Below the pieces are notes generated by a model. It was given only the letters and a program-made list of their open reading frames with translations. It was not told where the DNA came from and ran no database searches. A stretch of DNA of 32,000 bases from Crocosphaera subtropica ATCC 51142. Lineage in GTDB: Bacteria > Cyanobacteriota > Cyanobacteriia > Cyanobacteriales > Microcystaceae. Of this stretch, positions 17,851-27,555 are shown one piece after another. The translations under genes and the position numbers were made by a program. Position 1 is the stretch's first letter, and the number at the start of each line of letters is the position of its first letter. Where the stretch lies: NCBI RefSeq assembly GCF_000017845.1, contig NC_010546.1:4440001-4472000 (forward strand). Reading direction: 5' to 3'.

Positions 17851-19368
17851 TTACATTGACGAGTGATCATCAGGATATCTACCCCATTCAGGAATAGTTG
17901 GTTGACAAAGAGGTGATGACTGCACGTCTGCAAACTGTTTAGGGAAACCTTTAACTTCTGGGGCTTGATAATCAGGAATAGATAAGCCATAAGCAATGGC
18001 AAAACGATGAAAATTATTTTTACTAATTCCCTTCATATCAAAGTCACTAGGAAATGGTACATTTTGAACATTATATGAAGGAATACCACATCTTTCCTGA
18101 CAAAATGCCGTGTGTGTTCCTTCGATAGTATCCCGATAAAATTCAGATTGTCCACCGCCACCACCAAGAAAAATTCTTAATTTGGGCTGATTTCTTAATT
18201 CATCAGGAATTTTGTCTTTACAGGTCAAAATAACGTCAGAAACTTGTTTATGAATTAAATGCTGTCCTAAAATTAAATGTAATAGTTTTTGAGATGGAAA
18301 ATCCTTCATTATTTCTAGACAGGATTGAACTTCCTCAACTAAAACTCGCCAATGAGGACCTGGAAGAAATACTTTATTAGCTATATGTTCTCCTTGTTTA
18401 GCAGAACGAGCTATGGTAGCTGAAAGGTTATAAATTTCTTCTAAAAGCCATTCACTATTGTTGATAATATCGTGAGTGATCTCATTTTCAGAATTGGGCA
18501 AATGTGTAGCAATCTGTTTGGCTAAACCATTAACACCAATGGGTTCTACTTCTCCTGAATAATATTCAACACTCGATTGTCCTTCTTCTCGGAAGAAACG
18601 AAAAGCTGACCCTTCAATGGTTCCGCTTCCTACATCAAAGAACATATAAATGCCTGGATCTGCTTGCCGAGAAACCGTATAAGAATAGACTCCAGCCCCA
18701 ATTTCAGGAAAAGCAAAGCAGGGTATTGGCAAATCTTCTTCAGTATATTGACTTTCTAATGTTTCTAACTCTTTTCTCAAAGAATTCATTCGTTTTTGTA
18801 AATTATAAATATTTTGTGGTGAATTTTCTCCTAGTAACCAAGCTAACCTTAAGACTTTTTTAAAACGAGTGATCGCCTTTGAGTCAAAGTATTTAACTGG
18901 AACTCCTACGTTAGCACTCCATTCAATGTTTTGATTTTTGACTAACTCAGGGTTATCTTCCTTGACCCATTTTTGAGCTTTAAAAATTACTTTATTAAGA
19001 TAATAGGCACATAAATTTTCCAGGTTTTCTGAAGTATTTAGATCAATCTGATCGAAACTTTGTAAAGAATCCGAGAGATGTCCTTGTCCTTCTTCTTGTA
19101 AGTCTAAATTTGCCAATCTCATCTTAATAAAATCGATAGCAACGGCAAAAGAAGTGACGCTTTCATCCCATTCTGATTGTGTTAATCCTCCTATAAGAGT
19201 TCCATCAGGACAAATTCCTATCTTTGTCGGGACTAAAGCTTCATTCAGTGAAGTTTTCTTTTCACAAAAAGTTACTAACCAAGAATGTTCAATACTGGTA
19301 TCTCGAACAACAACTTTAGTAAAACTGGTTCCAAAATCAATCCCTAAATTAAGAAATAAATCAGACAT
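17851..19368 (-). CDS. Hsp70/actin-fold (ASKHA) ATPase: an Hsp70-like nucleotide-binding domain without a recognisable substrate-binding domain.
   Basis: Phosphate-1 is LGIDFGTSFTKVVV. Phosphate-2 is FFDVGSGTIEGSAF. The adenosine/connect motif is IFLGGGGGQSEF. Its start codon lies 3 nt downstream of the SNF2 gene's stop. Confidence 0.7.
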   Translation of the reverse strand: MSDLFLNLGIDFGTSFTKVVVRDTSIEHSWLVTFCEKKTSLNEALVPTKIGICPDGTLIGGLTQSEWDESVTSFAVAIDFIKMRLANLDLQEEGQGHLSDSLQSFDQIDLNTSENLENLCAYYLNKVIFKAQKWVKEDNPELVKNQNIEWSANVGVPVKYFDSKAITRFKKVLRLAWLLGENSPQNIYNLQKRMNSLRKELETLESQYTEEDLPIPCFAFPEIGAGVYSYTVSRQADPGIYMFFDVGSGTIEGSAFRFFREEGQSSVEYYSGEVEPIGVNGLAKQIATHLPNSENEITHDIINNSEWLLEEIYNLSATIARSAKQGEHIANKVFLPGPHWRVLVEEVQSCLEIMKDFPSQKLLHLILGQHLIHKQVSDVILTCKDKIPDELRNQPKLRIFLGGGGGQSEFYRDTIEGTHTAFCQERCGIPSYNVQNVPFPSDFDMKGISKNNFHRFAIAYGLSIPDYQAPEVKGFPKQFADVQSSPLCQPTIPEWGRYPDDHSSM

Positions 19369-19371
19369 TAG

Positions 19372-22300
19372 TTAGTTCTCCACAAAAATAATTCCGGTAG
19401 CTAAAGTAGGATTAGAAGTTGCAATTTTTCGTTTTTTGTCAATTTTTTTCAGAGCTAAATTGAGACGTTCAGTATTTTTGCCAATTTTTCCTGCCTCTGC
19501 CGAGATAATTGACAATTTTTCTTCACGTTTGAATCTTTCGATTCTTTCTTCAAATTCTTTTCTTTTTCTGTCTGCATAAGCTTTAACACTACTTTCTTGT
19601 GTATTACACTTATCTGTATTTTCCGCCTCAAAAAGTATTTCATTATCAGCAAAATCTAGACTTAAGGACTCCTGGCACTGTTCATAAACTTTAATAATTT
19701 GTTCAATGTTGATTAGATTAATTACATTCGGCTTATGTTTGCCGTGAATAGCTGTTGTATTAATGAGATTTTCTGTTAGTTCATTAGACAATTCTTGTTC
19801 ATCTTCTAAGCAAATTGCCTTATAAGATAAACGAGTTTCTATTCTGATTCCTTCAAACTTCCAGCATTGAATGACATAAATATAAGTACCTGTTTTTATG
19901 TCTAAATCTGTTGCTTTCAGATTTAATGTAGATGCTGAAACTGTTTGGAATCTTAATGATGGTTGTTCTCTGGATGATTGAGGCTCATATTTATCACGAA
20001 TCCATTGAATCAAGGGATGGGTTGGATCTATGAGTTCATGATTAGCTTTCCCCATTGTTCCAGCTACTTTTGAATCAAAGAAACAATTTACAGGTTGACG
20101 ATCTAAAAATGTTGAGGTTGAAATACGAGTTTTTTCTTTAAAAAGTTTTAAGTCAATTTTTGCGTCTTCTGAAAGTTTAATCTGATAAAGACTTTCTATT
20201 TTCTGATTTGGAGTAATTACTGTACCAGGATATTGAAGCTGAAAAAAGTCTTCGACAAAAGCTTTTAATTCATCTGGAGTTAACCATCTTTTTTGCTCAC
20301 GACTTTTATCAACTGTACTCAAAATATAATCTGAAAATGCGACCAAATTCATCGCTTCATTTTCCAGTTTTCTTTCTAGTTCCATTTGATCTGCGATAGC
20401 CCTAATTTGACGATCAGCTTCTTCTTTAAGTTCTTTCTCATTAAGTTTAGGGTTAAGTAAATCTAACATTAGTTCTTCTGTTTTTTCTCCTAATATTTCC
20501 TCTAAATCTCCGATACTTTCTTCAAATATATGAATTCTTTCGTAAAGTCTTTCTAAAATATATTCTTCTATGGTATCTTTCAAACTAAAATTAATAATCG
20601 AAATAGTCTCTGATTTTTGATTTAAACGGTCTAATCTTCCAATACGTTGTTCAACACGCATAGGATTCCAAGGTAAGTCATAGTTAATTAAAAATCGACA
20701 AAATTGTAAGTCGATTCCTTCACTTCCTACTTCTGAAGATAATAAAACTGAGATTTGATTATTATCTTGAAAAGACTTAAGTTTGTCTTGTTTATCTTCT
20801 TTATCCATACCTCCTAAAATAAGACAAATTTCAATGCCATCTTCTTGCAGACGTTCCGCTAAATAGGTTAAGGTATTACGATAGAATGCGAATAAAACAA
20901 ATTTTTCTTTTGGATTTTCCGCTAATTTTTGTTTGAGACATTGGATTAATTCTTGATATTTAGTATCATGTTTTCTTAAATCAGTAATAAATTGCTGAAG
21001 CTCTTGTTCATTATTAGGGATAGGATTAATGGGCATTTCCCAATCAACTGATTCTTCTAAACTACCTTTATAACCATTTACGGCATAATCTATTAAAGAG
21101 CCATGAATTTCATAAAGTTCTTCTTCATTATCATCTATAGCTAAAAGGTCATCAATAACTCTTGTCTTTTTTTCAGGGTCTATTTCTGTCCAAGCTTCTA
21201 AAGCAGCAACCATAGAGCTTGCCATTTGTCTCTGTCGTGCCATTAATCTAAATACATTAAATTTAGATTCTCCTATAGCTTGAAGCCGAATTTTATAGCT
21301 TATATAGTCATAAACTTCTTTTTCTTGTTGGGTAAAATTAACGGTTAGTGTTTGAGGTTTTCGCTTAACTCGATGATCTTTGAGGACTTCTCTTTTTCGG
21401 CTTCTTGTCATAAAATGACCAAAAAGGGAAGCACTTTCTAAAATTTGAGCAAACCGAACTTGTTGTTCAGAAGTAATTGTATCACTAGAATTTAATTCTT
21501 TATAAAGATTATCTAATCTTAAACTTTTACGAAAATAATTAGATTTTAGAGCCTGTTCTATTAACTCTCTAATCTCTTCAATATTTGGCTGTGTTTTCCA
21601 AATTAATTTGAGAGCATCAACAATCGGTTTATTATCTTCTAGCATCTTTTCAAAGTTAGTCGAATCAAAAAAATCGTCAGGACTAATTAGTTTTAGTAAT
21701 TGATATAAATTATTACTACGAATCTGAATGGGAGTTGCTGTTAGTAAAATCAAATATCTTGAAACTTCTCGTAAAAGATTTCCTAATTTGTTATTAGCTG
21801 TTTCTGGGTTGCGTAAATAATGAGCTTCATCAATAATGACTAAATCAAAAATTCCTCTGTCGTCAATCACTGGGTTTTCTTCTAGTAAACGAGCTAATTT
21901 TGCTCTTGTGTCGTTAGATTTTTTTTCATCATCCCAGTTTTTTACTCTCATTCCTTCTAAACTGGTTACATAAAGAAATGAATCAGGAGTGCCATTTTGA
22001 GTAAATGACTGAACTTTTTCGAGGAGTCCTTTAGTATCGATAATCTCTGCATATAAATTAAAGCGATTTCTTAAATCATTAACCCACTTATCCCGTAACA
22101 TAGCAGGACAAACAATTAAAAGACGACGAGCATCTTCTCTAATTTGTAATTCTTTCCAAATGTACATAGACTCAATGGTTTTACCGAGTCCAACTTCATC
22201 AGCAATCAGTAATCGTCCAACTGAGGAATCAAGAAATTTAAGAACAGGTTTAAATTGATAAGCATAAAAGTCAGTATTACTAGACTCCATACTATAAAAA

Positions 22301-22590
22301 ATATTTGTTAAATCACCTTTGATTTTTTCAAAGGTTAAAATTCTTCGTAAATCGTCAGGATTTCCGAACTTTCCATCACGGATTAAATCATTAATACTTT
22401 CTTCCACTTCGCAAAGTTCTAACTGTTGATACTGCTTGTATGTATTTTCATTCGGTCCAAAGTTAATAAGTACCAATAAACGTCCAGCAGATTTTCTTGT
22501 TTTTCCAGTTGTAAAACCTTGTTTTCCAGGATTGTTTTTTAGTCTAATCTTTTGATTAGGAATTTCAGGATTCCAAGTTTGTTCAGTCAT
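19372..22590 (-). CDS. SNF2-family helicase/translocase with an N-terminal beta-rich module and a long C-terminal extension.
   Basis: Motif I is LIADEVGLGKTIE. Motif II is VIIDEAHYLRN. Motif III is LLLTATPIQ. Motifs V/VI are LLSSEVGSEGIDLQ...NPMRVEQRIGRLDRLNQ. Confidence 0.9.
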   Translation of the reverse strand: MTEQTWNPEIPNQKIRLKNNPGKQGFTTGKTRKSAGRLLVLINFGPNENTYKQYQQLELCEVEESINDLIRDGKFGNPDDLRRILTFEKIKGDLTNIFYSMESSNTDFYAYQFKPVLKFLDSSVGRLLIADEVGLGKTIESMYIWKELQIREDARRLLIVCPAMLRDKWVNDLRNRFNLYAEIIDTKGLLEKVQSFTQNGTPDSFLYVTSLEGMRVKNWDDEKKSNDTRAKLARLLEENPVIDDRGIFDLVIIDEAHYLRNPETANNKLGNLLREVSRYLILLTATPIQIRSNNLYQLLKLISPDDFFDSTNFEKMLEDNKPIVDALKLIWKTQPNIEEIRELIEQALKSNYFRKSLRLDNLYKELNSSDTITSEQQVRFAQILESASLFGHFMTRSRKREVLKDHRVKRKPQTLTVNFTQQEKEVYDYISYKIRLQAIGESKFNVFRLMARQRQMASSMVAALEAWTEIDPEKKTRVIDDLLAIDDNEEELYEIHGSLIDYAVNGYKGSLEESVDWEMPINPIPNNEQELQQFITDLRKHDTKYQELIQCLKQKLAENPKEKFVLFAFYRNTLTYLAERLQEDGIEICLILGGMDKEDKQDKLKSFQDNNQISVLLSSEVGSEGIDLQFCRFLINYDLPWNPMRVEQRIGRLDRLNQKSETISIINFSLKDTIEEYILERLYERIHIFEESIGDLEEILGEKTEELMLDLLNPKLNEKELKEEADRQIRAIADQMELERKLENEAMNLVAFSDYILSTVDKSREQKRWLTPDELKAFVEDFFQLQYPGTVITPNQKIESLYQIKLSEDAKIDLKLFKEKTRISTSTFLDRQPVNCFFDSKVAGTMGKANHELIDPTHPLIQWIRDKYEPQSSREQPSLRFQTVSASTLNLKATDLDIKTGTYIYVIQCWKFEGIRIETRLSYKAICLEDEQELSNELTENLINTTAIHGKHKPNVINLINIEQIIKVYEQCQESLSLDFADNEILFEAENTDKCNTQESSVKAYADRKRKEFEERIERFKREEKLSIISAEAGKIGKNTERLNLALKKIDKKRKIATSNPTLATGIIFVEN

Positions 22591-22719
22591 ATTTTTTATA
22601 CCTAAAATTGTTATTTAACCTTACCCCAATCGTTAGTCATTTCCTCTAGATGATTGTTGATTTAATCGTAAGTGAACTTCTGCTCCCTCGTCAGTCCCCA
22701 TTTCCTTCTGCCCCAGGTG

Positions 22720-23913
22720 TCAGATATCTTCCACTTCGGGTTGAGAGGATTGTAATAATCGATTAGCGTCTGTATTTTGAGGGGATGAAAACAGAAATCG
22801 GACTTTCCAGTAGATAAAAGACAAAGAAAAACCTTGAGGAATGGTATTATTTGATTGACTCATTGAAGGTTGTGTATGTTTAGTCTCCCAACTACTACAT
22901 AAGTCAGAGAGATTCTGAGGATGTTTAACCAGTTCTCGTAAAGAACTATATTGCTCTTGAGTGAGATTTTGCCATAATTTTTCACCGAGTTCAGTTTGCT
23001 CATTAATAAACCACTCGTTAATAAAAGCTTTCACTTGTTGCTCATTAAATAAAGTTAAATAATAAGTTTGGAATCGAGAGGAAGGAAAATTTTTATTGTC
23101 AATAATCCGTGACTGACAACCGGCAAAAATATTGGCTTCACCTATCCATCCTTTGAAAAGTGTATCTAGTAACTTAATTGAGCGTTTATTGTTTGCTAAC
23201 CCATCAATCAGTAACCAGACATTTCCTTGTTTAAATAAATTTAAAAGATGCTCTGAAGAAAGCACGATATGAGGAAAAAAAGAATGGGCTTCTCTTAGCC
23301 AATCTTCGATTAAATAATAGGTAATTGATTTATTTTTTAGCTTTTCTAAAGATAGGTAAATAGGATAACCTTTCTTATTTTTTAAAATCCACAAACCAAA
23401 TTGATATAAAAAACTACTTTTACCAATTCCTTTCTCTCCTAATAATAAACATTTACTCTGCCCCTCAAGCATTTGAGATTCATAAAAAGCTTCTCTATTA
23501 ATAAGATTATCATTATTAGAAAGATGAGGAGAAATATAAATTTCTTTTGAATTAAGAGACTCTGAATTAACCTCAAGCATTTGTAAACAAACTGTTTCCC
23601 AGTCCATAATAGGCTGAATGATTCTGCTTGAGTATTCTTGTTTAAGCCAAGATATAAGAATTTTTGACTTATCTGCTTTTTTTTCTGTCAGTTTTTCGCA
23701 TCTTTTTTCTAGTTTTTTATAGATTTCAGTTAGCTGTTTTTTATAAGTTTCTTTAGTCGTTTGTAATTCAGTTTCAGCTATTTCATAAAACTCAGATTCT
23801 GATAGATGCCGATAGATTTCGCTAAATCGACAACGGAAAATTTTCGATTGTCCAGACGATAATTCATAATCAACTGCGATCGTGCATAAAAAACTATCCC
23901 AAGAGAAGGTCAT
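22720..23913 (-). CDS. Short NACHT/STAND-like P-loop NTPase with a helical HTH-like N-terminal leader and no C-terminal repeat sensor.
   Basis: Walker A is LLLGEKGIGKSSFLY. Walker B is VWLLIDGLAN. The N-terminal FLCTIAVDYELSSGQSKIFRCRF...EIAETEL...YKKQLTEIYKKL resembles the leader seen on many cyanobacterial NACHT/WD40 proteins. It is on the same strand, 129 nt upstream of the SNF2 gene. Confidence 0.6.
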   Translation of the reverse strand: MTFSWDSFLCTIAVDYELSSGQSKIFRCRFSEIYRHLSESEFYEIAETELQTTKETYKKQLTEIYKKLEKRCEKLTEKKADKSKILISWLKQEYSSRIIQPIMDWETVCLQMLEVNSESLNSKEIYISPHLSNNDNLINREAFYESQMLEGQSKCLLLGEKGIGKSSFLYQFGLWILKNKKGYPIYLSLEKLKNKSITYYLIEDWLREAHSFFPHIVLSSEHLLNLFKQGNVWLLIDGLANNKRSIKLLDTLFKGWIGEANIFAGCQSRIIDNKNFPSSRFQTYYLTLFNEQQVKAFINEWFINEQTELGEKLWQNLTQEQYSSLRELVKHPQNLSDLCSSWETKHTQPSMSQSNNTIPQGFSLSFIYWKVRFLFSSPQNTDANRLLQSSQPEVEDI

Positions 23914-24107
23914 GATTAATACCTTAGAACTAATGCTAGGACACAGAGTTATTAGGAAACTCCAAACCTCTTTTTTTCCTGATTATTCTGAGTATTCCCA
24001 AAAATAATGACTTAATTACACCATCAAGTAGGTGTTTTTCCCGTCGCAAACTTCTTTTAAAAGTTCAAACATACTCTAAAATTAAGCGAGTTAATAATGA
24101 CCCTTAC

Positions 24108-24959
24108 CTATTTCTTATTCCCTAACGGTTGACATTGAGGACAAAAATGAGAAGACCGTCCTCCTAATTTTATTCGTTCAATGGGTGTCCCACACACACG
24201 ACAAGGTTGGTTATGACGACCATACACCCAAGCAACACCGCTATAATTACCATTAATACCTGTCACCCCTCGAAAATCACTAAAAGTTGTCCCACCCTCT
24301 TCAATCGCCGTTTTCAACACTTCTATCATGGCTTCTCGTAACCGTTTAACCTGGGGTTGGCTTAATTCTTTTCCTAGGGTTGTCGGTCGAATGCCACTCT
24401 TAAATAACGCTTCATCGGCATAAATATTGCCTATTCCTGCCACCACACTTTGATCCAGTAGAATGGTCTTAATATTGCGCTGACGACCCTTTAATTTATC
24501 TATGAAGTAATCCAAGGAAAAAGCGTTTGAAAAGGGTTCTAGACCCAATTTTTGTAGTCCTGTGATGATAGTTTCAGGGGGTTGGTTAGGGGGAACCCAC
24601 CACACTTTACCAAAGGTGCGAATATCGACAAATCTTAATTCTTTCGAGCGATCGCAAAACAAACGTAAACGGGTATGACGGGATAAGGGTTCGTTTTGTT
24701 TAACCCATAATAATTGTCCTGTCATGCGTAAATGAACTCCTAACCATCCTTTCTTCTCTTCTAGGGGAACCAGTAAATATTTACCTCTTCTTTGCCACTG
24801 GCCAAAAGTCGCATTGTTAATCTGTTCTAGAAATTCTTCGATAGAAACGGGGTAAGCAAGTGTGCGTGGTAACAACACTTTCCCACCCCGAATGGTTTGC
24901 CCAAAGGTCAATTGATTTAACCCTCGGCAAACCGTTTCAACTTCAGGAAGTTCTGGCAT
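24108..24959 (-). CDS. mutM: Formamidopyrimidine-DNA glycosylase.
   Basis: The N-terminal MPELPEVETV carries the catalytic Pro2/Glu3. The H2TH region is present. The C-terminal zinc finger is CRVCGTPI...GGRSSHFCPQCQ. Confidence 0.92.
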   Translation of the reverse strand: MPELPEVETVCRGLNQLTFGQTIRGGKVLLPRTLAYPVSIEEFLEQINNATFGQWQRRGKYLLVPLEEKKGWLGVHLRMTGQLLWVKQNEPLSRHTRLRLFCDRSKELRFVDIRTFGKVWWVPPNQPPETIITGLQKLGLEPFSNAFSLDYFIDKLKGRQRNIKTILLDQSVVAGIGNIYADEALFKSGIRPTTLGKELSQPQVKRLREAMIEVLKTAIEEGGTTFSDFRGVTGINGNYSGVAWVYGRHNQPCRVCGTPIERIKLGGRSSHFCPQCQPLGNKK

Positions 24960-24975
24960 TTAATCCTGAAACCAA

Positions 24976-25197
24976 TTACTTGGACTTAGAGGCAACAACT
25001 TCTAATTCGCTTTCAGCAAAGTTGTTGGTATTAACCCCAGTGGCACTACCACTGTAGCCATTGTAATTGACTTTATCAAAACGGACGACGACAGGATAGA
25101 TGATACCAGCTTTATCGACAGTGGCAACGGTACCAATGTCGTTGTACCAGTAAGATTCTTTGCGTTTGATTCTAACTTTGTCTCCACGCTTGACCAT
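24976..25197 (-). CDS. psaE: Photosystem I reaction centre subunit IV.
   Basis: [68 protein letters not shown] is near-identical in pattern to cyanobacterial PsaE. ATG 25197 has an AAGGA Shine-Dalgarno. The tracked ORF carries a spurious 10-aa extension. Confidence 0.92.
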   Translation of the reverse strand: MVKRGDKVRIKRKESYWYNDIGTVATVDKAGIIYPVVVRFDKVNYNGYSGSATGVNTNNFAESELEVVASKSK

Positions 25198-25307
25198 AGG
25201 TATTGTCCTTAATAAATGGATATTCAAACAAAGGCAAGGAATAAGCTCCTTATCTATAAAAGCCTACTATTGGATCGCAACACCTTGCTACTTCAAAAGT
25301 TTAAGTT

Positions 25308-25925
25308 TTATTGCGAATCTCGCCAGGTTACTTCAACGAAATAGGCTGGATGACCTGAAAAATCACGGGTTCGAGCGATTTGGACTAATTCTAAATTGAA
25401 AGGAATAGCAGTGGTGAGATATTTCTGGGCCAAAATACCCATATCGGGGGACAGTTGCGACGCTGTGGAGGTGGCCAATAGTAAGCCTAAAATTTGTTCA
25501 ATGGGTCCTTTGGGGAGTAATAAATGAGTCCCTAAGACAAAGCTGGTAGTCAGTAACATATTAACGGACATATTGGTACCGCAACGGGGATGTACGGCTA
25601 AATTCCAAATGCCGGCACGAAACCGATGTAAGGCTTTACTGACGGCTTTTTGTACATCTAAATACTTCACGTCTCCGTAGAGATAGAAGCCATTGGGAGT
25701 GGATAAACCCCCTAAGTTTTCATTGTCTTGTAACCCTTGTCGGGTTTCACTGAGGACCCAAACCGTTCCATGTTCTAACCCATGAACTTGACGTAACATG
25801 AGAACTTCTTTTAATCCGGGAATAAATCCCAGTTGTTGTAAAATATCGCTATCTTGATGGTGTTGGGGTTGATACCAGTCAAAGTCCCAAAGGTTTCCAG
25901 TGGCAGGGTTAACCGAGTTGGTCAT
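25308..25925 (-). CDS. Conserved hypothetical protein with possible metal-binding motifs.
   Basis: 205 aa with clean coding potential. It contains HGLEHGT and HPRCGT motifs. I recognise it only as a cyanobacterial conserved hypothetical. Confidence 0.6.
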   Translation of the reverse strand: MTNSVNPATGNLWDFDWYQPQHHQDSDILQQLGFIPGLKEVLMLRQVHGLEHGTVWVLSETRQGLQDNENLGGLSTPNGFYLYGDVKYLDVQKAVSKALHRFRAGIWNLAVHPRCGTNMSVNMLLTTSFVLGTHLLLPKGPIEQILGLLLATSTASQLSPDMGILAQKYLTTAIPFNLELVQIARTRDFSGHPAYFVEVTWRDSQ

Positions 25926-26146
25926 AATTCAATGAAGTCAAGAGTCAGAAGTCAGAAGTTAAATTTATAGTTAGGGTGTCTAACCACTTACTAAAATTAC
26001 ATCTTCTTGAATCTATTGTAATGGGGAAACTTGAGTTCAGTGTTAGGAGTTCAGCGTTATAATTTTTTCTAAGAAGATAATTTAAGATTTAATCCATTCA
26101 TAAATAAATTCTTTTATCTTTAACTCAGGTTGATTAAGACGATAAC

Positions 26147-27118
26147 ATGATTTCTTTTAAGACTCGTCGTAATTTTTTATTAGCAGGAATGAGTATGTTG
26201 GGGACTGTAGCCTGTCAAAAGGTCAATCAGTCTGAAACGGTTGAAAAAATAGCTTTTTCCCCTGTTACACCCCTACCTGAACGCATTCTAGGCAATACTG
26301 GTGTTTCTCTTCCCATCCTAGGGTTAGGAGGAGCCGGACAAACTCCTCTATCTAAATATGGACAGGAAAAAGAAGCGATCGCACTCATTGAAGCAGCCCT
26401 GAAATTAGGAATCCGCTATTTTGATACTGCAGCCAGTTATGGACCGAGTGAAGACTATTTAGGTAAGGTTCTTCCTCCTCATCGTTCCCAAGTCTTAATC
26501 GCTACCAAAACCGATAAACGGGACTATGATGGGGCATGGCGAGAGTTAGAACGATCGCTCCAACGACTACAAACGGACTATATTGATGTTTGGCAGTTAC
26601 ATCATGTCTCTTTCCCAGAAGAATTAGAGCAGATTTTCGGGAAAAATGGAGCAGCTAAAGCCATTGAAGAGGCAAAAGCACAAAAAATAATTCGTTTTTC
26701 TGGTATTAGTGGCCATCATGAACCAGATGTTATCGCTAACGCTTTACAACAATATCCCTTTGATATGACTTTAATCTCCTTGAATGCGGCCGATGTTCAT
26801 CACCCTCGTCCTTTTAGTAAAACGGTGTTACCAGTGGCTAAAGAAAAGAATGTTGGCGTTGTTGCCATGAAAGTCCCTGCTTATGGGCGATTATTAAAAC
26901 CTGGAGCATTATCGAGCATGGATCAAGCGATGGGTTATGTCCTTTCGTTGGGGGGTGTTCATAGCTGCATCATCGCTGCTGAATCAATACAGCAATTACA
27001 AGGCAATGTTCAAGTTGCGTCTCAGTTTCAACCCCTTAACCCTTCTCAAGTCTCTGAGATAGAAACCCTAACCGCAAAGGTTTGGCAAGAAAATACCTTC
27101 TTCCGTCGTTGGACATAA
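26147..27118 (+). CDS. Aldo/keto reductase with a Tat-like signal and lipobox-like Cys.
   Basis: N-terminal KTRRNFLLAGMSMLGTVAC. AKR signatures are GIRYFDTAASYG, DYIDVWQLH and GISGH. Confidence 0.8.
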   Translation: MISFKTRRNFLLAGMSMLGTVACQKVNQSETVEKIAFSPVTPLPERILGNTGVSLPILGLGGAGQTPLSKYGQEKEAIALIEAALKLGIRYFDTAASYGPSEDYLGKVLPPHRSQVLIATKTDKRDYDGAWRELERSLQRLQTDYIDVWQLHHVSFPEELEQIFGKNGAAKAIEEAKAQKIIRFSGISGHHEPDVIANALQQYPFDMTLISLNAADVHHPRPFSKTVLPVAKEKNVGVVAMKVPAYGRLLKPGALSSMDQAMGYVLSLGGVHSCIIAAESIQQLQGNVQVASQFQPLNPSQVSEIETLTAKVWQENTFFRRWT

Positions 27119-27555
27119 GTTCAAATTATCAATAATATTTAATGGTTTTAAAATTTAAAACCAGCCTAAAATTTTTCTTAAGAAAAATATGAAAATAATT
27201 CTCAACAGTCAACGAAGTTCCGCCTTTATGGTATGATAATCGAGACTGATAATTTAGGCTTGGTATATCTCATTACCAAAGTTGGGTCTGTAACTATTAT
27301 AATCTCGTCGAACCGTTCGGATTAGTTACCTATTTTTCCTTCTATTTAGGTTGAGTTTGAACAAATGTACTAAAAATGACACTGAGTCTGATTACTGGGG
27401 CATTGACAAAATAGTCAAAATATGGGTACAAGAATTCCAAACTTCTTAGTCTTGAAAAATCATTGTGATTGATATAATTATCCTCAGAGGTATTAACGAA
27501 TAGGTTTCTCATTGAGATCGGACTTATACAAAAGGGAAATCAAAGAAAATTTTTT

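Noticed and set aside
16623-23913. The SNF2 cluster as a classical integrase-mediated tRNA-targeting genomic island.
   Set aside because: The cluster lies on the 5' (promoter) side of tRNA-Gln, not at its 3' end. I found no integrase or recombinase gene. I found no partial direct repeat of the tRNA in 23914-24107. tRNA adjacency is noted, but an att-type insertion is not supported.
27119-27555. The long 437-bp spacer upstream of ecaA as a riboswitch or small gene (for example the 15-codon ORF starting near 27189).
   Set aside because: It holds only short AT-rich palindromes (GGTTTTAAA/TTTAAAACC, CGAAC-C-GTTCG) and a trivial ORF without a ribosome-binding site. I recognise no riboswitch-like conserved core. 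It is probably promoter/terminator space.
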